Positions 60,901-64,000 of a DNA stretch of 64,000 nt are shown piece by piece. The stretch's first letter is position 1. Every line of letters begins with the position of its first letter. This stretch comes from Leucoraja erinacea (Eukaryota), in the NCBI RefSeq assembly GCF_028641065.1, contig NC_073381.1, positions 57,350,001-57,414,000 on the forward strand. The letters run 5' to 3'. Position numbers and translations under genes: made by a program. Under the pieces are notes generated by a model. It had not been told where the DNA came from. It saw only the letters and a list, made by a program, of their open reading frames with translations, and did no database searches.

Positions 60901-63122
60901 TCATATGAGTTTGAAAAAAGGGAAAGCTATTAGAGATGTGGTTGAAAAATATCTGGCCACCTTTTCACAAATACTAAGAAGCCACAACCTCAGAATGGCT
61001 ATTCATGATGACCTGGTGGTACAAATGCCATTGGATCATGCACATTGTATGGCAGTGTAAATTCTCAATGAATTTGTTAGCCAATAATGATAAAACTCTT
61101 CATAATTTTTAAGGCAGAAATGTACATTGATGTATGCAGAAACTAACAATGTGAATAACATTGTTGCAAATCATTCAGTTGTTGTACATTCAGTTAACAG
61201 TCCAATGTTAATTAGAACATACTTCCAGCACCTTCCGCTAATGCAGTGTTTGATGGTGGACACAAAATGCTGGATGGAGTAACTCAGCAGGTCGGGCAGC
61301 ACCTCTGGAAATAAAGAGTAGATGATGTTTCGAGTTCTGAAGAACGGTTCTGACATAAAACGTCATCTATTCTTTTAGTCCAGAGATGCTGCCTGACCGC
61401 TGAGCTACTCTAGCATTTTGGTGCCTATCTTCAGTATAAACCAGCATCTGCAGTTCCTTCCAACACACTTTGTTTGGTGCCGTTGATCAGCTACTCTGGT
61501 GACTGTCTTTGAGTCATGGGTGAAATGAACCCTTGGGATTCTGATTCAAGCCAATGATGCTATTGGCCTGTCAAAACCATTGGTCAAGAATGAAGACTTG
61601 CAATTCGGGGATGAATTGGATTGAGCCACTTGTATTTGGAGACAATGTCTCTGAACAAATCAATGACCCAGTGGTCAGGTTGGATTGAGAGGCACTGCAA
61701 GTCTCCAGCTGGTAGGCACTGCCATACAAGATGTGCAGACCTCACAATGTCCACTCATGATGATTTGATGGTACAAGTGCCATTAGATTGGGTATATTGC
61801 ATAGAAGTGCAAATCTTGGCAAATCTTGGCATGGACAGACTGACCATTGAGAACAATGATTTACCAACCACACAACCTAATGTGGAGGTAGGAAATGCCA
61901 GGTTATGAGAAATATAACAGGCTTAGATAGAGTGGATGTGGAGAGGATGTTTCCAGTCATGGAAGAATCAAGGACCAGAAGGCACAACCTCAAAATAAAG
62001 CAACATATCTTGAGAATGGAGATACATTTATATAGCCAGGGGGTGGTGAATCTGTGCAGTTCATTGCCACAGATGGCTGTGGAGGCCAACATATATAGCC
62101 AGGGGGTGGTGAATCTGTGCAGTTCATTGCCACAGATGGCTGTGGAGGCCAACATATTATTTTTAAAAGTTGATAGGATCTTGATTAGTAAGGGTGTCAA
62201 AGGATCCAGCGAGAAGGCAGGAGAATGGGGTTGAGAAGGAAAAATAGATCAGCCACGATTGAATGGCAGAGCAGACTCAGTGGGCTGAATTACCTAATTC
62301 TGCTCCTATGTCTTATGGTCTAAATACCCAGTCAAATGAAGCATATCACTATGTTACCAACACAGTACCCATTTCATAGTAATTGCTGGTTGTTAGTCAT
62401 TACTTTAAATAAGGATGGATCACTTTATTTAACTAAAGTAAGTGTAAATTTGGTTTAAATGTCTCTCCATTGCAGTAGCATCAAAGAAAAACTACAGACG
62501 TAATACCTGTCATATTAAAACAGTAACACTACTAAGATTAGCGGCTTCACCAAATGCTCTGCCTCTGAGAAAACACTACAACTGCCAGAGGAATATGATT
62601 AAATTAGGAAGAAGGGAGGCAGGTTTTATAACATTAACAGAGTTATCCCTTCCAGTGCATGTGTACATCTCTGCCTAAGCTTTGAGGTAATTTGGACCAC
62701 CCATAGTTTGAAGCCAGCAGTTGAACAATTTGTAAAAAGGCAATAATAGTAAATGTGGTATTAAAATATAAATGACTTCCTGTAACATTTCATTTGACAA
62801 TAAAGTGGGATTCATCCACGGCCATAAGATATTTACCCAAATTCATCTCCACTGCAAATTAAAATTTCAATAAAATAAATAAATATATGAAATGTGCAGT
62901 CTTTTGGGACTGCTAACACCCTATGTGCAGTGTTTGCTATTACATATTGCATACAGTATGTATATGTTTGTATGTTATATGTTGTACATTTTAAGAGACA
63001 AATATCTGATTACTATTAATGGCGAATCATATAATGATTTCTAATGAACTTACTCTAACTGTGCATTGCATATTTAAAACCAGAAATTGTGAAGCAAGTG
63101 AAATCAGAATCTGCAGAGAAAG
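1180..63122 (+). CDS. TRDN: Internal part of a multi-microexon gene encoding a Lys/Glu/Pro-rich repetitive protein, probably the triadin luminal domain (start and end lie outside the window)
   Basis: About 40 short segments on one strand, each bounded by pyrimidine tract+AG and GT. All are 15/21/39/45/51 nt, phase 1-1 and stop-free. LKKVKSATI and KPKPTxK resemble mammalian triadin LKQVKAVTI and KPKPTKK (recalled, not searched). Triadin is known for many tiny exons. Confidence 0.65.
1434..1640 (-). mobile_element. Non-LTR retrotransposon 3' UTR fragment
   Basis: tttagtttattgtcac...gaaaagcttttgttgc...; a homologous copy lies at 40048-40380. Confidence 0.65.
1745..1804. repeat. Poly-C tract
   Basis: Seen directly. 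Confidence 0.9.
1876..1957. repeat. 27-bp tandem repeat x3 (gacatcatgtccgttcggcggcatttc)
   Basis: Copies start at 1876, 1903 and 1930. Confidence 0.8.
2291..2341 (+). CDS. TRDN: 51-nt exon EIKEEKQIKPSTKPKEK
   Basis: ttctttgtag|...|gtaatt. Confidence 0.75.
4124..4174 (+). CDS. TRDN: 51-nt exon EIKEEKQRKPATDPKEK
   Basis: ttctttgcag|...|gtaatt. Confidence 0.75.
4682..4732 (+). CDS. TRDN: 51-nt exon EIKIEKQRKPSLKPKEK
   Basis: ttctttgtag|...|gtaatt. Confidence 0.75.
4997..5670 (+). mobile_element. SINE or short non-autonomous retroposon with an (ATG)n tail, interrupted by a nested insertion
   Basis: GC-rich insert that splits the array motif tacatt|aactagaa; ends in (atg)n. Confidence 0.65.
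5221..5579 (+). mobile_element. 5'-truncated L1-like element with poly(A) tail
   Basis: 14-bp TSD aagttgcgatcact (5207-5220 and 5580-5593), AATAAA plus poly(A), T-rich 3' UTR, and an F.IWEP-like ORF2 end. Confidence 0.75.
6127..6211 (+). mobile_element. Short LINE 3' tail with (TCTGAA)n
   Basis: Flanked by an attgtc duplication; absent from paralogous units. Confidence 0.65.
6274..6318 (+). CDS. TRDN: 45-nt exon EIKKERKLSTKLKEK (in-frame 6-nt deletion variant)
   Basis: ttccttgtag|...|gtaatt. Confidence 0.65.
6526..6866. mobile_element. Palindromic PIF/Harbinger-type MITE
   Basis: TIR gggcctgtcccacttacgcaactttt / aaaagttgcgtaagtgggacaggcc; near-complete foldback; TTA TSD; paralogs show the empty site gcttagaattcc. 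Confidence 0.88.
7120..10028 (-). mobile_element. CR1 LINE, 5'-truncated; ORF2 (APE endonuclease + RT) split by two frameshifts
   Basis: ITETW, GVVYRPP, MGDFN, YRPVSLTS, GVPQGSVLGP, KFADD, LEYCVQFW; (ATAGAAAC)n tail. Confidence 0.96.
11145..11195 (+). CDS. TRDN: 51-nt exon EIKIGKQRKPSTKPKEK
   Basis: ttctttgcag|...|gtaatt. Confidence 0.75.
11705..11755 (+). CDS. TRDN: 51-nt exon type A, EIKKETPIKRLAEPKAK
   Basis: ttctttgtag|...|gtaatt. Confidence 0.72.
12615..12665 (+). CDS. TRDN: 51-nt exon type B, EIKKEKQKKPSIKPKEE
   Basis: tctttttag|...|gtaaat. Confidence 0.72.
13105..13155 (+). CDS. TRDN: 51-nt exon type C, EIKKEKLKKPSTKPKEK
   Basis: ttctgtttag|...|gtaatt. Confidence 0.72.
14236..14286 (+). 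CDS. TRDN: 51-nt exon type D, EIKKEKQKKASIKPKEK
   Basis: tctttttag|...|gtaatt. Confidence 0.72.
14512..14952 (+). mobile_element. Rex1/Babar LINE 3' fragment
   Basis: LQKVVNTAQSII...DPHHPGH...LLPSGR...RFRNSYFPTAIRLLN; cttgaa tail; absent from other type D units. Confidence 0.85.
15341..15391 (+). pseudogene. Pseudo-exon, type A copy (EIKKETPIKPLAEPKAK) with a destroyed donor
   Basis: Followed by gaattggg instead of gtaattggg (the T is lost). Confidence 0.7.
16272..16322 (+). CDS. TRDN: 51-nt exon type B, EIKKEKQKKPSIKPKEK
   Basis: ccttttag|...|gtaaat. Confidence 0.72.
16339..16456 (-). mobile_element. Short retroposon 3' end with (TTGAA)n and a 10-bp stem-loop
   Basis: cattcagacc-tttc-ggtctgaatg; absent from other type B units. 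Confidence 0.6.
17494..17544 (+). CDS. TRDN: 51-nt exon type A, EIKKETPIKRLAETKAK
   Basis: ttctttgtag|...|gtaatg. Confidence 0.72.
18426..18476 (+). CDS. TRDN: 51-nt exon type B, EIKKEKQKKPSIKPKEK
   Basis: tctttttag|...|gtaaat. Confidence 0.72.
19236..19286 (+). CDS. TRDN: 51-nt exon, C/D chimera, EIKKEKQKKPSTKPKEK
   Basis: ttctgtttag|...|gtaatt. Confidence 0.72.
19895..19945 (+). CDS. TRDN: 51-nt exon type A, EIKKEKPIKPLAEPKAK
   Basis: ttgttgtag|...|gtgatt. Confidence 0.65.
20831..20881 (+). CDS. TRDN: 51-nt exon type B, EIKKEKQKKPSIKPKEK
   Basis: tctttttag|...|gtaaat. Confidence 0.72.
21626..21676 (+). CDS. TRDN: 51-nt exon type C, EIRKEKLKKPSTKPKEK
   Basis: ttctgtttag|...|gtaatt. Confidence 0.72.
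22609..22659 (+). CDS. TRDN: 51-nt exon type D, AIKKEKQKKPSIKQKEK
   Basis: tctttttag|...|gtaatt. Confidence 0.7.
23433..23483 (+). CDS. TRDN: 51-nt exon type E, EIQKEKKKKPSTKPKEK
   Basis: tctttttag|...|gtaatt. Confidence 0.72.
24049..24099 (+). CDS. TRDN: 51-nt exon type F, EIEKEKEKKPSIKPKEK
   Basis: tcattttag|...|gtattc. Confidence 0.65.
24516..24566 (+). pseudogene. Pseudo-exon, type B-like copy whose acceptor was removed at a deletion junction
   Basis: Preceded by cccttatg (mid-intron sequence) with no AG; the exon end is also changed to AAC|gtaaat. Confidence 0.7.
25322..25372 (+). CDS. TRDN: 51-nt exon type C, EIKKEKQKKPSTKPKEK
   Basis: ttctgtttag|...|gtaatt. Confidence 0.72.
26465..26515 (+). 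CDS. TRDN: 51-nt exon type D with GC donor, EIKKEKQKKTSIKPKEK (weak or inactive)
   Basis: tctttttag|...AAG|gcaatt. Confidence 0.4.
27279..27329 (+). CDS. TRDN: 51-nt exon type E, EIQKEKKKKPSTKPKEK
   Basis: tctttttag|...|gtaatt. Confidence 0.72.
27895..27945 (+). CDS. TRDN: 51-nt exon type F, EIEKEKAKKPSIKPKEK
   Basis: tcattttag|...|gtattc. Confidence 0.65.
29090..29140 (+). CDS. TRDN: 51-nt exon EIKKEKQKKPSAKPKEK
   Basis: tctttttag|...|gtaatt. Confidence 0.72.
29942..29992 (+). CDS. TRDN: 51-nt exon GIKKEKLKKPSIKPKEK
   Basis: tcttttcag|...|gtaatt. Confidence 0.72.
30900..30940 (+). pseudogene. Decayed terminal copy of the 51-nt exon
   Basis: Flanks match the array unit, but the acceptor is gtaa rather than gtag, there is an internal deletion, and the donor is weak (AAC|gtgatt). 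Confidence 0.65.
31193..32440 (-). mobile_element. CR1 LINE 3' fragment (RT)
   Basis: LDFQKAFDKVPH, KFADD, LEYCVQFW; atagaaac tail. Confidence 0.95.
33867..35583 (+). mobile_element. CR1 LINE 3' fragment (RT)
   Basis: KSPGPDG, QHGF, GVPQGS, KFADD; tttctatg tail. Confidence 0.95.
36860..37180 (-). mobile_element. tRNA-derived V-SINE (HE1-like)
   Basis: Minus strand shows an A/B box head ggcggcactgtggtgcagtggtagag and the V-domain gggtgctccagtttcctccca. Confidence 0.8.
37535..37772 (+). mobile_element. Old CR1 fragment
   Basis: FTMEED...EVL...LKIVKSP...IY.R.L.E, the pre-RT region. Confidence 0.65.
38375..38425 (+). CDS. TRDN: 51-nt single-copy exon EQGKLKKVKSATIATTK
   Basis: tttatctacag|...AAAG|gtaaca; resembles triadin KVLKQVKAVTIEKT. 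Confidence 0.75.
38500..38742 (+). mobile_element. L1-like 3' UTR insertion with an A-rich tail
   Basis: 9-bp TSD gaaagtcag (38491-38499 and 38743-38751). Confidence 0.65.
39610..40030. mobile_element. Degenerate Penelope-related terminal-repeat element containing a ~75-nt poly-C tract (39873-39947)
   Basis: gatgctgg...actcagcaggtc and ctgacaaagggg...ccatagatg match the PLE termini elsewhere in the window. Confidence 0.5.
40048..40380 (-). mobile_element. Non-LTR retrotransposon 3' UTR with (TTTAG)n tail
   Basis: Homologous to 1434-1640. Confidence 0.65.
40483..40527 (+). CDS. TRDN: 45-nt exon EAETMKQMKPKPTEK
   Basis: atgtttag|...|gtaatg. Confidence 0.78.
41141..41161 (+). CDS. TRDN: 21-nt microexon AKKPKVK
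   Basis: ctcccaacag|...A|gtaagt. Confidence 0.7.
42299..43350 (+). mobile_element. Vingi/Ingi-like non-LTR retrotransposon 3' fragment
   Basis: FHLNN.EA.REL, YLGVKLDRSLTF, LAGTSWGA...LRTSALALVYAPAE*CAPVW, LRTGVGRF, CKCG zinc knuckle, (AAG)n tail. Confidence 0.8.
43499..43925 (+). mobile_element. Penelope-like element 3' fragment
   Basis: VAQHFNSP.H...LEEQHLI.RLGSL.P.GMN (end of GIY-YIG) plus terminal repeat. Confidence 0.88.
45122..45166 (+). CDS. TRDN: 45-nt exon (K/E)ADTVKQVKPKPAKK
   Basis: atgtttag|...|gtaact. Confidence 0.78.
45433..46187 (+). mobile_element. CR1 3' fragments (45433-45505 and 45597-46187)
   Basis: LVRPHLEYCLQFWSP...LWNSLP and CR1 3' UTR. Confidence 0.92.
46300..46700 (+). 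mobile_element. Old CR1-family 3' end
   Basis: gacctgatagaagtata...agagggcacagctttaagg...gggccaaagggcctgt. Confidence 0.7.
46748..46768 (+). CDS. TRDN: 21-nt microexon AGKPKVT
   Basis: ttttcgaacag|...A|gtgagt. Confidence 0.7.
49016..49060 (+). CDS. TRDN: 45-nt exon (K/E)AEPAKQVKRKPEKK
   Basis: atgtttag|...|gtaaca. Confidence 0.78.
49638..49850 (+). mobile_element. V-SINE 5' part, interrupted by CR1 (resumes at about 51568-51650)
   Basis: tRNA-like head plus gggtttcctccgggtgctcc V-domain. Confidence 0.78.
49851..51567 (-). mobile_element. CR1 LINE 3' fragment (RT)
   Basis: YRPVSLTS, GVPQGS, KFADD, LEYCVQFW. Confidence 0.95.
51813..52102 (+). mobile_element. Penelope-like element 3' fragment
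   Basis: HRKLEEQHLIF.LGSL.P..MN plus terminal repeat. Confidence 0.82.
52178..52198 (+). CDS. TRDN: 21-nt microexon AEQPKVT
   Basis: ctcctaaacag|...A|gtgagt. Confidence 0.7.
53667..53711 (+). CDS. TRDN: 45-nt exon (K/E)AETIKKVKQKTAEK
   Basis: atgcttag|...|gtaaca. Confidence 0.78.
54255..54269 (+). CDS. TRDN: 15-nt microexon AVKVA
   Basis: ctcctaaacag|...A|gtgagt; flanks are paralogous to those of 52178-52198. Confidence 0.65.
54580..55200 (-). mobile_element. Old CR1-family 3' fragment
   Basis: catagaa tail, aaactttgcccctctc, tggtaaacctcttctgca. Confidence 0.72.
55801..56040 (-). mobile_element. Possible solo LTR
   Basis: 240-bp GC-richer block with TGT...ACA ends, minus-strand AATAAA and a TATA-like element; TSD is imperfect. 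Confidence 0.35.
56115..56159 (+). CDS. TRDN: 45-nt exon (K/E)TKTMKQNKPKPTTK
   Basis: atgtttag|...|gtaatg. Confidence 0.78.
57005..58128 (+). mobile_element. Penelope-like retroelement with GIY-YIG endonuclease and an inverted terminal repeat
   Basis: ORF 57147-57917 NLIYCVRCSRCQQIYIGETKRRLGDRFAEH; about 57040-57155 is the reverse complement of about 58012-58128. Confidence 0.93.
58035..58062 (+). ncRNA. Minimal hammerhead-ribozyme-like motif in the PLE terminal repeat (also 43798-43826 on + and 57102-57129 on -)
   Basis: CTGAAGA-aggg tttcgg ccc-GAAAC-gtt. Minimal hammerheads are an established feature of PLE pseudo-LTRs. Confidence 0.5.
59095..59240 (-). mobile_element. V-SINE 3' fragment
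   Basis: Homologous to 36870-37010. Confidence 0.7.
59793..59937. mobile_element. Foldback of the PLE terminal repeat
   Basis: 28-bp inverted arms at 59797-59824 and 59832-59859. Confidence 0.75.
60102..60146 (+). CDS. TRDN: 45-nt exon ETEKIKQVKPKSRGK
   Basis: ttgtttag|...AAG|gtacca. Confidence 0.72.
60380..60424 (+). CDS. TRDN: 45-nt exon EAEKIKQVKPKPQVK
   Basis: ttgtttag|...|gtaaca. Confidence 0.78.
61258..61467. mobile_element. Foldback PLE-related short element
   Basis: caaaatgctgga..gagtaactcagcaggtcgggcagcacctctgga / tccagagatgctgcctgaccgctgagctactctagcattttg, with a central ctgaagaa. Confidence 0.7.
61905..62322 (+). mobile_element. CR1 3' fragment with an internal 63-bp tandem duplication
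   Basis: GLDRVDVERMFP...TRRHNLKI; YSQGVVNLCSSLPQMAVEANI x2. Confidence 0.88.
62476..62499 (+). CDS. Candidate 24-nt microexon VASKKNYR
   Basis: ctctccattgcag|...C|gtaata; phase 1-1 and Lys-rich, but the donor is weak and there is no paralog. Confidence 0.25.
63084..63122 (+). CDS. TRDN: 39-nt exon EIVKQVKSESAEK (45-nt family, shifted acceptor)
   Basis: The expected acceptor at 63076-77 is AA; an in-frame CAG lies at 63081-83; donor AAG|gtaaaa. Confidence 0.55.
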
Positions 63123-64000
63123 GTAAAAGAAACATTTATTTAATGATATACTGGCATGTGCTTTTCATTTCACAGCTCTTCTTTATTCCAATGCTAAAAA
63201 TACATGAGTGGTTGTGCGTCTCAGGAGATGCATGTCGTCCCATGTCTAGCACTGCATGTCATTTTACTCCTCTGAGCTTTAGATAAGCAAATGTAGATTT
63301 GTCTTGTTTCGGTAGAGTTTATTTGTTTGAATTATCATGGAAAAAAAAGAAATGTTTGATAATAATGCTCCAGATGATGTATAATTTAAAAAATCAGAAA
63401 TCATATGCTCTACCAGATGTATCATTGCACAGATGCCAACTGCAATCATTTTCAGTGCTGAGTATAAAAATGTATCACATTGCATCACAACAAACCTGTT
63501 GCCCTTGAGCAATTGAAGCCAAGTGAAGGTAAACGTTTTATGTCGAAGAATGTTTTGATCATCCACATTTGCTGTTAGTATAATAGAAATATATGTGTTC
63601 TCCTGGAATAATACTAAATTGGTGCTGAAAGTTTGCAATTAACCATGTCACTGGGATTTTTATGGCAAAGGCTGGCAAATGCTGGTCTACACTGTTCTCC
63701 ACTTGGCTCTATTCCAACCCAAGGAACATAAACTGTCAGCAGAGATGCTGCCGTACAGAGATGCTGCCGTACATGGTATCTGGAACCTGCTGAATGCAGC
63801 GGTATTAGTGCAACCAAGTTTCTGCAATGCTTTGGAGGTTGTCTAATAGTTTCCATATTTCCTTATCTCTCTTAATGGGACCATTGAAAGGATCATGCCA
63901 AATTAATCACAGACGAAAATCCTCCATTTTGTGTAAGATCTAATGTTTGTTACATATATATGAACATCAAGACCATAGCTATGTACCTCTAGTAAGCTGA

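Noticed and set aside
1180-63122. Titin PEVK or nebulin repeat exons
   Set aside because: Exon sizes and motifs differ: no PPAK-type ~28-aa PEVK units and no SDxxYK motif. The composition fits triadin better.

Overview
Vertebrate genomic DNA, most likely from a cartilaginous fish (skate or shark); this is inferred from the repeat content (CR1, Rex1/Babar, Penelope-like, Vingi, V-SINE). There are no prokaryotic genes. The whole window appears to be the interior of one + strand gene that the ORF track misses, because it is built from symmetric phase-1 microexons. From 1.2 to 31 kb lies a young tandem exon+intron array of 29 copies of a 51-nt exon (consensus EIKKEKQKKPSxKPKEK). Of these, 25 have canonical AG/GT sites, 1 has a GC donor and 3 are broken, and the copies are organised into higher-order repeats. 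From 38 to 63 kb lies an older series of 45-nt exons (xAETxKQVKPKPxxK) that alternate with 21/15-nt exons. The Lys/Glu/Pro-rich product and the segment LKKVKSATI resemble the luminal domain of triadin (TRDN); this assignment is inferred. All long ORFs in the track are retrotransposon remnants lying in introns. Transposon boundaries are approximate; exon coordinates were read from splice sites.
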